DNA from: an uncultured Gammaproteobacteria bacterium
GTDB taxonomy: Bacteria; Patescibacteriota; Microgenomatia; UBA8517
Assembly: GCA_964502815.1 (NCBI GenBank)
Contig: CAZCXV010000002.1
Location: 22,802-86,801 of the forward strand
Direction: 5' to 3'
DNA length: 64,000 nucleotides
In this document: in pieces, positions 1-9,484 of the stretch
Layout of the letters: each line of letters opens with the position of its first letter
Position numbering within the stretch: the stretch's first letter is position 1
Notes under the pieces: generated by a model
Databases searched by the model: none
Told to the model about the DNA's origin: nothing
What the model saw: the letters and a program-made list of their open reading frames with translations, nothing else
Program-made: the position numbers and the translations under genes

Positions 1-354
1 AAAAACATTTAGAGTCCTGGTGATGCCGCCCTCAGCAATTATTTCATAAGTAACATCGGCTCTAGAAATACCCGACTGAGGGCGGGAATCTTTGTGATTT
101 TCAATAACCGCTAGAAGGGGCCTTCTTTTCTCCCAGATTTCTCTTTCTGGCTTGGTAAATTTCTCACCATTTATTGGACATTCTTCAGTTTTTGGCAGAT
201 TTAGATTAATTTTTGAACGACCAGTGCCAACATCCCCGCCACCATCTGTTCCTTTAGACAAGTAACTAAAAGCTGCCCAAGAAATTCCCGAGGAAATCAA
301 AAAAAGCCCTAAAAAACCAAAGACTAATGTTAAGTTTTTACTTGATAATTTCAT
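1..354 (-). CDS. DUF3048-like lipoprotein (YerB family), N-terminal part; gene runs off the window start
   Basis: Minus-strand ORF from ATG at 352-354 (MKLSSKNLTLVFGFLGLFLISSGISWAAF..., signal-peptide-like) with no stop before position 1; motif PLLAVIENHKDSRPQSGISRADVTYEIIAEGGITR resembles the DUF3048 N-domain. Absent from the ORF track because it is truncated. Confidence 0.35.
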   Translation of the reverse strand, partial: MKLSSKNLTLVFGFLGLFLISSGISWAAFSYLSKGTDGGGDVGTGRSKINLNLPKTEECPINGEKFTKPEREIWEKRRPLLAVIENHKDSRPQSGISRADVTYEIIAEGGITRTLNVF

Positions 355-378
355 GGCCAACTTTAAATTTATCATATT

Positions 379-837
379 TTAGGACTTGGAAGCTAGCTCC
401 ACAGACCTTGCTTCTTCTTGAGACAGTTCTTTACTGGCAGACCCATCCTTAATTGATTTTAAATAAAATCTAGTTCGATCGCGGGTATGCAAACCCGTTA
501 AGACAAACCCGTTTCCATTGCCATCTAAAACTGATAATGAAAAACTGTGATCTCCTCCAGTATCCTTGAATGGATTATATCTGACAAGACCCAGTTTCTG
601 GATGTGCCTCAAGCCTTCTTTTTGTATTATAGCAATTTCATTTAAAATTCTTTTTATTTCTTTTTTGTTCTGATCTTCAGACCGAAACACGTCATCTAAG
701 AGTTTTTTCAAATCAGCCTCTTTAGCACGACTAATAAGCTTTTTGTAGTGGTTGACGCTTTTGAAAAGAAAAAAACTCAGGAAAAATAGCCAGATCACAA
801 TCAACATAGAGAGACCAAATAAGATAGTTGTAAGCAT
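379..837 (-). CDS. DUF4446-like membrane protein
   Basis: Track ORF 379..921; likely start at internal Met (MLTTILFGLSMLIVIWLFF, N-terminal TM helix); motif YNPFKDTGGDHSFSLSVLDGNGNGFVLTGLH recalled as DUF4446-like. Alternative start at 921. Confidence 0.4.
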   Translation of the reverse strand: MLTTILFGLSMLIVIWLFFLSFFLFKSVNHYKKLISRAKEADLKKLLDDVFRSEDQNKKEIKRILNEIAIIQKEGLRHIQKLGLVRYNPFKDTGGDHSFSLSVLDGNGNGFVLTGLHTRDRTRFYLKSIKDGSASKELSQEEARSVELASKS

Positions 838-1130
838 ATATTTAAAGTTCTTACATTGTATAAACTTACAAGGTTTCAAGTCAATTGCAATAAGGCTGTC
901 AAGAGGGAAAAATGCTGTCACAAAAAGAAGGTCAACTTGTCAAAGCTGTTTATTAAAAACGCCAATAATCAGGCATAACAGTGTTATATGAATAGTTTTT
1001 CAAGCCTAGCTTCCAACGAAGCTTTAGTTTGCCTGAGGCTAGCTTACCCACGCCCAATGATATACTGTTTCATAAATTTGATTTTGGAATATAAATCAAA
1101 TGCATGAACTTAAAAGGAGGTGATTTATAT

Positions 1131-1271
1131 ATGATGTACTGCGTAAAGTGTAGAGCAAAAAGAGAAGGCAAAGATCTTCAAGAAGTTACCATGAAGAATG
1201 GTAAGAAAGCTATGAAGGGTGCCTGCGAAGTTTGCGGCACAACAATGTTCAAGATTGGTGGAAACAAGTAA
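1131..1271 (+). CDS. small zinc-ribbon protein (DUF5679-like), 46 aa
   Basis: ATGATG start preceded by strong SD aaaggaggtga (1113-1123); MMYCVKCRAKRE...ACEVCGTTMFK has two CxxC pairs; weak hairpin (tcccc/gggga) follows at ~1290-1315. Too short for the ORF track. Confidence 0.5.
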   Translation: MMYCVKCRAKREGKDLQEVTMKNGKKAMKGACEVCGTTMFKIGGNK

Positions 1272-1341
1272 TCACTTCTTGAAACTAAAGCAAAAGGATC
1301 CCCTTTAAGGGGACTTTTGCGTATCAGAAAACTTTCTGCCA

Positions 1342-1959
1342 ATGGTAAAACTAAAAGAAATTAAAAAAGTCTATACAGTTTTTAAAAAAAATTACACCCT
1401 TGTTCCTTTGGAAGTATTTGGCAAAGACTCCTACAAAACTCTAATTTCAACCCTCCTGTCGGCAAGAACAAACGACGACACCACTTTAAAAGTCTGCCAA
1501 GAAAAACTCTTTGTCAAAGCACCAGACATAAAAACACTAAATAAACTAACTCAAGACGAAATCCAGAAACTGATTTACCCGGTAGGCTTTTACAAAACCA
1601 AAGCCAAACATTTAATAAAGTTAACAGAAAAATTATTGAAAGATTTCAATGGGGAAATTCCAGGCACTAGAAAGGATTTAACCTCTCTGTCAGGAGTTGG
1701 CAGAAAAACAGCAAACTTAGTCCTTAATAGAGCTTTTGGAATTCCTGCAATTGCCGTAGATACCCATGTACATAGAATTAGTAATTTACTTGGCTGGGTA
1801 AAAACAGACAAGCCTGAAGAAACTGAAACCGAGCTGATGAAAAATCTGCCCAAACACTACTGGACAGAAATAAATAAACTATTTGTATCAATTGGTAGAA
1901 AATACAGGTCAAAAAGACAACTGGAAGCGTTTTTGAGAGAAAATAAGTTGATTATTTGA
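1342..1959 (+). CDS. endonuclease III-like HhH-GPD DNA glycosylase (no 4Fe-4S cysteine cluster)
   Basis: HhH-GPD motifs LSGVGRKTANLVLNRAFGIPAIAVDTHVHRISNLLGW; only one Cys in 205 aa, so the C-terminal Cys4 FeS loop of canonical Nth is absent. Confidence 0.7.
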   Translation: MVKLKEIKKVYTVFKKNYTLVPLEVFGKDSYKTLISTLLSARTNDDTTLKVCQEKLFVKAPDIKTLNKLTQDEIQKLIYPVGFYKTKAKHLIKLTEKLLKDFNGEIPGTRKDLTSLSGVGRKTANLVLNRAFGIPAIAVDTHVHRISNLLGWVKTDKPEETETELMKNLPKHYWTEINKLFVSIGRKYRSKRQLEAFLRENKLII

Positions 1960-1966
1960 TCAATAA

Positions 1967-2455
1967 TTAAATAAGTCCTAAATTTTTCCTTGTTTCTTCA
2001 TCTGCTTCTGTTATTTCATATGCAGTCCAACCATTTTTCTGAAGAAGGATAAATTCTTTCAATTTCATACCTTTTTTGTTCCTACCTACTCGAACCATAT
2101 ATCCTGTACAGTCTTCACACCGTAAATCTCCAGAAACCTGCACATGATTGTCCTCACCAATCCTTACATGGACAACAGAAGCTCCTGATAAATCATGTCG
2201 ACTCTCTAAAGCCTTTATAATAGACAATCTCTCTGCATGCATTGCATATATTCCACAAACATTTCCACACTTTTCAATATCACACTCATATGGAGAAAGT
2301 GGTCCATTGGAAGCAGATCCTAGTATTTCATTGTCGCGGAAAACAACCGCTCCTCTGTGATCTCTCATACAAGTCGAGGTTTTTGCCACATCTATGGCAG
2401 CATTAACGATGCCTTGAAGTTCTTCTAGTTCAATACCCTCTATTCTTCGGCTCAT
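1967..2455 (-). CDS. CMP/dCMP deaminase family zinc enzyme (ComEB-like)
   Basis: Deaminase zinc motifs HAE (CGIYAMHAERLSII) and downstream CEDC (LRCEDCTGYM) in the expected spacing; N-terminal RGAVVFRDNEILGSASNG resembles dCMP deaminase. Confidence 0.55.
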   Translation of the reverse strand: MSRRIEGIELEELQGIVNAAIDVAKTSTCMRDHRGAVVFRDNEILGSASNGPLSPYECDIEKCGNVCGIYAMHAERLSIIKALESRHDLSGASVVHVRIGEDNHVQVSGDLRCEDCTGYMVRVGRNKKGMKLKEFILLQKNGWTAYEITEADEETRKNLGLI

Positions 2456-2475
2456 AGCTGAAGTATACCAAAATA

Positions 2476-2913
2476 CTAACTTTCTAGAACAATAGTTACT
2501 GGTCCATCCAAGACTGGATCAATAAACATATATGCGCCAAACTTGCCTGTTTCAACCTGTATACCCTCATTTTTCAACACCTCAACAAAATGCTCATATA
2601 TTTGCCTTGCTTTTTCTGGCTCCTCTGCTTTTACAAAAGATGGCCTGTTACCAGCCGATGTGTCTGCATAGAGGGTAAACTGGGAAACTGCCAGTATTTC
2701 TCCACTCACATCCTTTACTGACAGATTCATTTTATCGTTTTCATCAGACATAATTCTTAATTTGGCCACTTTTTTAGCTAGGTCTTCTGCCTTTTTTACA
2801 GTATCCCCAATTCCTACTCCAACCAAGATAAATAAGCCCTTGTCGATTTGTCCCACAACTTTCCCATCGGTCTTAACCGAGGCAGTTTTTACTCTTTGAA
2901 CCACTAATTTCAT
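2476..2913 (-). CDS. dtd: D-aminoacyl-tRNA deacylase
   Basis: MKLVVQRV...SQFTLYADTSAGNRPSF...GPVTIVL are hallmark DTD motifs; 145 aa. Confidence 0.85.
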   Translation of the reverse strand: MKLVVQRVKTASVKTDGKVVGQIDKGLFILVGVGIGDTVKKAEDLAKKVAKLRIMSDENDKMNLSVKDVSGEILAVSQFTLYADTSAGNRPSFVKAEEPEKARQIYEHFVEVLKNEGIQVETGKFGAYMFIDPVLDGPVTIVLES

Positions 2914-2989
2914 AGCCTTGATTCTACTACAAAATCCTTTTGTGCCAAGCTTTGCTTACCATACTTTGCTTCCAGAGCTTGCTTTAGCC

Positions 2990-2998
2990 TGGTATAAT
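2990..2998 (+). promoter_or_regulatory. extended -10 promoter element (TGgTATAAT) for rnpB
   Basis: TG at 2990-2991, one spacer base, TATAAT at 2993-2998, immediately upstream of the RNase P RNA P1 helix. Confidence 0.45.
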
Positions 2999-3000
2999 AG

Positions 3001-3291
3001 AGTTACTCTGGATGGAGGGTGATTACTCGCCTTAAAAAGCGAGAGGAAAGTCCAGGCAGCCGAAGACAAGCTGGTAGTCGTAAGGCTACACGCGTAAGCG
3101 CTAGTCAGAGCAACAGAGACTATGTCGGTCAAAAAACCCTAAAGGTTTGGCGATACGAGTGAAAAGGGCAATCCTCGCTGCTGCAACCTCCGACTAGGAG
3201 AGGGGGTCTTCCCCGTTAATATCCTGAAGTGAGGGCTAAGATAGATTATCACCGAGAAACAAAACCTGGCTTACTACCATCCAGAGTAAAT
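3001..3291 (+). ncRNA. rnpB: RNase P RNA (bacterial type A-like, compact ~290 nt)
   Basis: GAGGAAAGTCCAGGC (P4 5' strand) near the 5' end, ACAAAACCTGGCTTAC (P4 3' strand) near the 3' end, P1 pairing AGAGTTACTCTGGATGG / CCATCCAGAGTAA; matches the E. coli rnpB consensus blocks GGAAAGUCCGGGC and ACAGAACCCGGCUUA. Confidence 0.8.
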
Positions 3292-3293
3292 TC

Positions 3294-4271
3294 TTATTTC
3301 TGACTTTTTAGTCTTGCCTGAAGAAGTGACTCAATAGAAATCACCACCGGAACAGAAAGAATTGCACCGGAAATCCCTGCCAGCTTAAAGCCAATAATAA
3401 TTGACAAAAGGGTCACAACCGGGCTTAAGCCAACTGACTTTTTCATAATGTTTGGCACAAAGACATAATTTTCCACTTGCTGAACTAGAAATGCTAAAGC
3501 AGCCACTGCGACCCCACTCCAGGGAGAGACACTAAAACCAACGATGACTGCAGGAACAGCAGCTACAATTGGTCCAAGCATTGGAATAAGCTCCAGAAAG
3601 CCCGCTAGGATAGCTAAAGGCAGGGCATAAGGAACACCAATAAGAAGCAATCCCACATACACAGATAGACCTACTATAAACATTAGAATCAATTCTCCTC
3701 TAGCCCAACCTCCCAACCTGTTTTCTAGCTCCCTAAGAATGGTTTTTAAGCTGTTTGCTTTAGATTCGCCAAAAAAATGTTCCAATTCATTTTCCAAAGT
3801 AGCCCATTCAATAACGAGATAAAGAGAAACGATTAAGGTAGAAAGAATTGTTAGGGTATTTGAGAAAATCGACACAACAAAGCCACCAATTTGCTGCGGC
3901 AACTTACCCAATTGGGCGCTTAATTCTTGAGCAAAAGTCTGATTTAAACCAAAAGGCAGCTGAAAATTTGAGATGTAGCTTGGAAGGATACCCACAAAAG
4001 CAGTCGTCTGATCAATAACAGCAGGAACAAGTCCAGAAAGACTTACTCCCAATATACCAATCAAAATAAGATAAATTACAATTGCCGAAATCCCCCTGGG
4101 AACTTTGTATTTTGACAACTTGGTAACTAAGGGGTTTAGAATTATGGCAATCAAAAGAGCAACAAAGACCTGCAAAATTACATCTCTAACTAAATAGAGA
4201 AACCATAAAAGCATTAAAAAAAGAACGGTAAAAATAATTGTTCGGTGAGAGATCTCAATTTTCCTTAGCAT
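3294..4271 (-). CDS. AI-2E family transporter (UPF0118/PerM-like permease)
   Basis: Multi-TM protein with C-terminal LPLAILAGFLELIPMLGPIVAAVPAVIVGF typical of AI-2E transporters. Start taken at internal Met (MLRKIEISHRT) to avoid an 89-nt overlap with miaA; track ORF 3294..4343. Confidence 0.65.
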   Translation of the reverse strand: MLRKIEISHRTIIFTVLFLMLLWFLYLVRDVILQVFVALLIAIILNPLVTKLSKYKVPRGISAIVIYLILIGILGVSLSGLVPAVIDQTTAFVGILPSYISNFQLPFGLNQTFAQELSAQLGKLPQQIGGFVVSIFSNTLTILSTLIVSLYLVIEWATLENELEHFFGESKANSLKTILRELENRLGGWARGELILMFIVGLSVYVGLLLIGVPYALPLAILAGFLELIPMLGPIVAAVPAVIVGFSVSPWSGVAVAALAFLVQQVENYVFVPNIMKKSVGLSPVVTLLSIIIGFKLAGISGAILSVPVVISIESLLQARLKSQK

Positions 4272-5175
4272 TTGTACCCCTAGGATACCATTTTTTGACC
4301 AAGTTCTCCACATTTTTACGGTATAGCGGGTCAGAGATATCAAACCAATTTATCCTCTTATCCTTTTTAAACCATACAAGCTGCCTTTTTACATATTGCA
4401 TCTCTCCTTTTTGCCAGTCAGACAAAACTTCCTCCAAATTCTTTTTTCCGGCAAAAAAACCTTGCCACTCCTTATAACCCAGAGAGGTCATAGCTTGATC
4501 ATTCCAAGTGACGCCCATTGTAAATAAGTCACATATCTCAGCCTCAATTCCGGCTACAATTCTTGCCTGAATTCTTTCTTTGATTCTTTTTTCAAAAAAA
4601 CTTAAGTTAGTTGTCAGACCAACTTGACAAACATTCATTCGTTTTTTGAGTTTCTTGACAGAAAGTCCTGTTTGCCTTGCCTGGGCAATTTCTATAGCCC
4701 GCACCAGTCTTCTGGGGTTACTCCTATCAGATTGATTTAGACTGGCAGCTTTTGTGGGATCAAATTGGGCCAAGATGTCAAATAATTTTCCAGGAGTTTT
4801 TTCGGATAGGGTTTTCCTCAAATCTTCATTTCTGGCAATCAGAGCCGTGGGGATACCATCAATCAAACCTTTTATATAAAGGCCCGTTCCACCGACAACA
4901 ATTGGCAACTTGCCCTGTTTTTGAATTTCGGTGATCTTTTTATTGGCTAGCTTAAGATACTGGCCCAGACTAAATCTATCTTTGGCTTCAACCAAATCAT
5001 AGCCATAAATATTACCAACTAAATTCTTGTCTTTACCAGTGCCAATATCTAAATCTTTAAAAACCTGCCTGGAATCAGCAGAAATTAGCTGTCCATTAAA
5101 TCTTTTTGCCAAATAAACTCCCAAATTAGTTTTTCCAGTTGCGGTTGGACCACAAATAACCAGGAGTTTGTTCAT
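4255..5175 (-). CDS. miaA: tRNA dimethylallyltransferase
   Basis: P-loop ICGPTATGKT, DSRQVFKDLDIGTGK, and an overall MiaA-like sequence; start at MNKLLVICGPTATGKT (track ORF starts 6 codons earlier at 5193). Confidence 0.85.
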   Translation of the reverse strand: MNKLLVICGPTATGKTNLGVYLAKRFNGQLISADSRQVFKDLDIGTGKDKNLVGNIYGYDLVEAKDRFSLGQYLKLANKKITEIQKQGKLPIVVGGTGLYIKGLIDGIPTALIARNEDLRKTLSEKTPGKLFDILAQFDPTKAASLNQSDRSNPRRLVRAIEIAQARQTGLSVKKLKKRMNVCQVGLTTNLSFFEKRIKERIQARIVAGIEAEICDLFTMGVTWNDQAMTSLGYKEWQGFFAGKKNLEEVLSDWQKGEMQYVKRQLVWFKKDKRINWFDISDPLYRKNVENLVKKWYPRGTNAKEN

Positions 5176-5179
5176 ATAG

Positions 5180-5965
5180 TTAGCTTGAAGCACTAGTATA
5201 GTACTTCAGAGAGAATTTCCAAAACTGAAGTGCGACGAATATTGCAATTAAGCCAATTGCAAAAGAGCCAACAATCCCCTGCCAACTTAGTAGACCCATT
5301 AAGGCTTTAGCCGGAAAGGTAAACATTATTCCTATGGGTATTAAATAGGTAATTATCCCTTGCAGTGGTTGTCTATATATATCAACAGGAAACCTACCCA
5401 AGGATGTGAGATCTCTATAAATCCAAACTACATGATCTGCCTCTAGTGTTAGAATTGCAAAACATAAAACAGCAATATGAAATGCCGCAGCTATCACTAA
5501 GCCATTTATCATTAATAGTATATAGACCGCTATACTTTGAGGGCTATAAAGCACCTGACCAGCAAAATAAATACTCAATAGTAAAAGTGGTGGAATCGTA
5601 ACAAAGTCAATTAGATCAGCTCCACCCAGTAACGATCTAAATAGTGCATTAACGGGCTTGGATAAAACTAAATCAAACTCGCCATTTATAATCATTGGCC
5701 TAAATCTATACACTTCCCGAAAAAGAAATTGGCTTATTACATCAATCAAATTAAAGGATAGAAAAAAGAAACTAGCCTGTCCTACACCCAAACCCGCCAC
5801 ATTTCCCGCGCCTTTGATTAAAAAGGTCAAAAAGGCGAGGAAAAATGCAAACCTCACTATTTTGCCAAACAAAAAAATAAAAAATGCAAGTTTAGAGTGA
5901 AATCCACTCAAAAACGAATTTCTACTCATCAGTAACCAAAATTTGAAATATTTCTTTAGTTTCAT
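5180..5965 (-). CDS. ABC-2 family transporter permease (COG3694/COG4587-type)
   Basis: 6-TM hydrophobic protein, translationally coupled in a three-gene unit with another permease and an ABC ATPase. Confidence 0.45.
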   Translation of the reverse strand: MKLKKYFKFWLLMSRNSFLSGFHSKLAFFIFLFGKIVRFAFFLAFLTFLIKGAGNVAGLGVGQASFFFLSFNLIDVISQFLFREVYRFRPMIINGEFDLVLSKPVNALFRSLLGGADLIDFVTIPPLLLLSIYFAGQVLYSPQSIAVYILLMINGLVIAAAFHIAVLCFAILTLEADHVVWIYRDLTSLGRFPVDIYRQPLQGIITYLIPIGIMFTFPAKALMGLLSWQGIVGSFAIGLIAIFVALQFWKFSLKYYTSASS

Positions 5966-6765
5966 TATCGTCCTTCGGATTTATACGATTTTAAACCCTT
6001 GCTCCAAATTGACATCAACAAGAGGTACAGTAAAACACACCACCAAAAGCCAACAACAATCCAGAATAATATTTGACTCGTGCTTACTTTGTCCAAATAA
6101 ACTTGAGAGGGGACAAATACTAAATAGGGAAACGGTGTCAGATAAATAGCCGTTTGCCAAAATTTGGGTAGAATGTCTAATGGAAAAAATGCCCCTGACA
6201 AAAATTCAGTTATTGTGTAAAACAAAAACACAGGCGCCCAACTTTGCTCTGGAATCCAAAGTGGTACAGAACTAAATAGGAATATTAGTAGAAAAAATAA
6301 GACAACCGCAATTAACAAGCAAAACAAAAATACGAGCCAAGTCCCTACTCCAAAAGGGAAGTAAAAAATTGGCTTAAAGAGAAAATATAAAACAAAAACT
6401 TCAACTATTGCAAACAACAAATTCAAAACTTTACTGGCCAGATCTCTTGTAAACCAGTAACGAAAAAGGTTGATTGGCTTTAATAAGTAGTTTGCCAGTT
6501 TGCCATCTGATATTTCTCCTGCAATGTTTACTGTTTTTGCAGAAACAACGATTGCCCGCAAGAAAATAACCAAAAACACATAAGTTATTATTTTGGCCCT
6601 ATTGTAACCGAATACTTCTGTACTTGGATTTCTAAATATCGTATCCCAAAGAAAAAAGGTAAGAAAAAAGGTCAAGACATTTCTGACCCGCCACATAACA
6701 AAGTTAACTGGATAAATAAATTCCTGCTGAAAGGAGATTTTAAAAAGTGTCAAGTATTTTTTCAC
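5965..6765 (-). CDS. ABC-2 family transporter permease
   Basis: Multi-TM hydrophobic protein; stop/start overlaps with flanking permease and ATPase genes (ATGA-type coupling). Confidence 0.45.
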   Translation of the reverse strand: MKKYLTLFKISFQQEFIYPVNFVMWRVRNVLTFFLTFFLWDTIFRNPSTEVFGYNRAKIITYVFLVIFLRAIVVSAKTVNIAGEISDGKLANYLLKPINLFRYWFTRDLASKVLNLLFAIVEVFVLYFLFKPIFYFPFGVGTWLVFLFCLLIAVVLFFLLIFLFSSVPLWIPEQSWAPVFLFYTITEFLSGAFFPLDILPKFWQTAIYLTPFPYLVFVPSQVYLDKVSTSQILFWIVVGFWWCVLLYLLLMSIWSKGLKSYKSEGR

Positions 6766-7748
6766 TTCTTTAATCCACCTTTAAATACTTTTCTAATAAT
6801 ATCTTCTACTGGTACTTCTTCAATTGTCAGATCATCAACTGGAAAAGACTGCAGGATTTGGGAGGCAGCCAAAGCCACAGTTTCCCTCGGCACAACGACA
6901 GTAACACTAGGCAAATTAATTTCCCTTATCTCCCCGATTGATTCCAGTTTTTTGTAGTCTACTTCTTTAGAAAGAGACAGTCTAATTATTTTTTCTTTGG
7001 CAAAGTGGCTTACAAGATCTGACAAGTTGCCGTCAAAAATAATTTCTCCGTCAGCAATCACAATCACTCTTTTACAGATATTAACCAAATCATCCATATT
7101 GTGAGAAGTTAAAATTATTGTTGCTTCAAATCTTTTGTTGTAGTCAACAATAAAATCCCTCATTTTTTGCTGGGCAACTAGGTCAAGTCCGATAGTTGGC
7201 TCATCCAAAAAAACCACACTGGGATTATGAAGAAGTGCTGCAATTAACTCCATCTTCATTCTTTGTCCCAAAGAAAGTTTGCGAACAGGTGTTGCCAGTA
7301 AATCTTCAACTCCTAAAAGTTTTACCAACTTTGTGGTTACCTTTTGATACTCACGGTCAGAAATTTCATATATTGCTTTATTTAATTCAAATGTTTCAAT
7401 CGCTGGCAAATCCCACCACAATTGATTTTTTTGACCCATTATTAAAGATATCTTTTTAAGATAATCGTTCTTTCTTTCCCAGGGAATGTAGCCCAGGACA
7501 TTTACAAAGCCAGAAGTTGGATGCAGTATGCCAGACAATATTTTTAAAGTAGTGGTCTTTCCGGCTCCATTTGGACCAATAAAGCCAACCAGTTCTCCTG
7601 ACTTAATTGAAAAACTAATTCCTTTAAGGGCTTTAACTAGCTTCTTTTTTGGCTTAACTAAAGAAGAGATGGTTCCAGATAAACCTTTACCTTTTTGATT
7701 GACTTCAAAGTTTTTAACCAAATTTTCAACAATAATTGCCCTGTCCAT
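6762..7748 (-). CDS. ABC transporter ATP-binding protein (COG4586-like)
   Basis: Walker A GPNGAGKTT, signature LSLGQRMK, Walker B VVFLDEPT, H-loop TSH. Confidence 0.85.
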   Translation of the reverse strand: MDRAIIVENLVKNFEVNQKGKGLSGTISSLVKPKKKLVKALKGISFSIKSGELVGFIGPNGAGKTTTLKILSGILHPTSGFVNVLGYIPWERKNDYLKKISLIMGQKNQLWWDLPAIETFELNKAIYEISDREYQKVTTKLVKLLGVEDLLATPVRKLSLGQRMKMELIAALLHNPSVVFLDEPTIGLDLVAQQKMRDFIVDYNKRFEATIILTSHNMDDLVNICKRVIVIADGEIIFDGNLSDLVSHFAKEKIIRLSLSKEVDYKKLESIGEIREINLPSVTVVVPRETVALAASQILQSFPVDDLTIEEVPVEDIIRKVFKGGLKK

Positions 7749-7769
7749 GATGTAATTATACTATTTAAG

Positions 7770-8045
7770 TTAGCGAGATACTTGTTTTCGAAGTTTTTTG
7801 CCTGGAGTAAATCTTGGAGATCGGTGGGATTTAATTGTCACAAATTTTTCGGTGTTAGGAATTTTTACAGTTTTGCCTTTCATAGTAATTACGCGAAATG
7901 TGCCAAAACCAGAAAGAACCACTTTTTCACCTTTGGCTAAGACCCTACCAATTTCACTTAGGAAAACATCAATTGCCTCTGTTGCACCTTTTTTGGTTAA
8001 ATGTGCTTTTCTTGCTAAAAGTTCTACTAAATCTTTTTTAGTCAT
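7770..8045 (-). CDS. hup: HU family DNA-binding protein
   Basis: MTKKDLVELLA...GFGTFRV...R.PRF.PGK. is the classic HU/IHF fold signature; 91 aa. Confidence 0.85.
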   Translation of the reverse strand: MTKKDLVELLARKAHLTKKGATEAIDVFLSEIGRVLAKGEKVVLSGFGTFRVITMKGKTVKIPNTEKFVTIKSHRSPRFTPGKKLRKQVSR

Positions 8046-8119
8046 GACTGTATCTAGATTTGAATGTTAGTCTAAAACACTAATTATGTCAAGTATGTGG
8101 GCTTTTTATAAGACTTATC

Positions 8120-9376
8120 TTAGTGGGCGGCAGTGGTGTCGCTTACTCTTCGCTCCCTTATCACAGTTACTTTAATTTGTCCTGCATACTCTGCTTCTTT
8201 TTCAAGTCTTTGGGCAATATCATGAGCTAGAACTGTCATTTTGTCATCGTCTACTTCATCAGGGTTTACAATTACCCTGACATCTCTGCCTGCCTGAAAG
8301 GCATAGCCTTCAGAAACTCCAGAAAAAGAGTTGACTATTTCTTCAATCTTACTCATTCTTTTGACATATTCTGTGTGGGGCTCATATCTTGCTCCCGGCC
8401 TGGAGCCAGAAATGGCATCGGCTATCCAAACAATGACAGATTCGATTGAGGAAAATGGTTTGTCTTCATGATGCTCGGCGACCGTGGCAATTGCTTCTTT
8501 GGGAATGGCAAATCTTTTACACGTATTTACACCTACTTCAACATGGGTTCCTTCTTCATCTGTCACAACTTTTCCAATGTCATGCAGCAGGCATCCTAGC
8601 CTAACTATGTCAACATCGGCTCTAATTTCTTGAGCAATCGCAATACCCATTTTGGTTTCTTCAATCGTATGAACTGCCAAGTTTTGACCATATGAAGTTC
8701 TAAACTTATATCTACCAATAAGCTTAATCAGATCCATAGGCAAATTAAAAACTCCGCACTCTTCAACTATTCTTTTGCCTTCTTCCAAAAGGACATCATC
8801 CATAGTTCTTCTAGTAAGTCTAACCACTTCTTCAATTCTTGAGGGTTGGATTCTAGTATCCCTAATCAGTTCTTCCAGGGCACGTCTTGCAATTTCTCTT
8901 CTGATGGAATCAAAAGAAGAGATCTTGATAATATTGGATTCATCCATTTCAAGCTCAACGCCTGCTTCTTTTTCAAAAGTACGGATATTTCTACCCCCAG
9001 CTCCGATTATTCTGCCTTTCACTTCTTCACTGTCTACAGAAATAGTTGAGACAGTGATATCAGCGGTTAGTTTTGGAACTCCAACTCTCATGGCATCTAT
9101 CAAGATCTCTCGTCCTTTTTCTGAAGCTTCAAGTTTAATTCTTTCTTCAGCCCGCCTAATCTTTTCAGCAATTTCGCGGGTGATAGTCTTTTGAACTTCG
9201 TCAAGAAGGATTTTTTTGGCTTCATCTGAGGTCATTGAGGAAGACTTTTCCAGCCTAATTAAAAGCTCTTGTTCTCTTTTTTTCAAAGCTTCTTTTTGTT
9301 TTTCTACTAAAGCTCTGTCTTTCCTGATTTCTTCAATTAATATTTTTAGATCGTCACCGTTTGACATGTTTTTCAA
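8120..9376 (-). CDS. rny: ribonuclease Y (KH + HD domains), no N-terminal membrane anchor
   Basis: KH region GRIIGAGGRNIRTFE, HD motif LLHDIGK, C-terminal RNase Y-like tail; 418 aa, lacks the usual N-terminal TM helix. Confidence 0.85.
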   Translation of the reverse strand: MKNMSNGDDLKILIEEIRKDRALVEKQKEALKKREQELLIRLEKSSSMTSDEAKKILLDEVQKTITREIAEKIRRAEERIKLEASEKGREILIDAMRVGVPKLTADITVSTISVDSEEVKGRIIGAGGRNIRTFEKEAGVELEMDESNIIKISSFDSIRREIARRALEELIRDTRIQPSRIEEVVRLTRRTMDDVLLEEGKRIVEECGVFNLPMDLIKLIGRYKFRTSYGQNLAVHTIEETKMGIAIAQEIRADVDIVRLGCLLHDIGKVVTDEEGTHVEVGVNTCKRFAIPKEAIATVAEHHEDKPFSSIESVIVWIADAISGSRPGARYEPHTEYVKRMSKIEEIVNSFSGVSEGYAFQAGRDVRVIVNPDEVDDDKMTVLAHDIAQRLEKEAEYAGQIKVTVIRERRVSDTTAAH

Positions 9377-9484
9377 TAATTTCTAACTAATTTAGAGTAA
9401 ACAAAAAGATAGCCCTTTTTGTTTCAGGCTTTCAAAGAAGCTTGTAGAAATATTCTAACTTCCATGCTTTCTTTAACTCCAGGG

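Noticed and set aside
9377-9484. AT-rich inverted repeat ACAAAAAG-N6-CTTTTTGT between rny and recX
   Set aside because: An all-A/T stem is too weak to call a terminator with confidence; it is noted only as a possible boundary between the rny and recA-recX transcription units.
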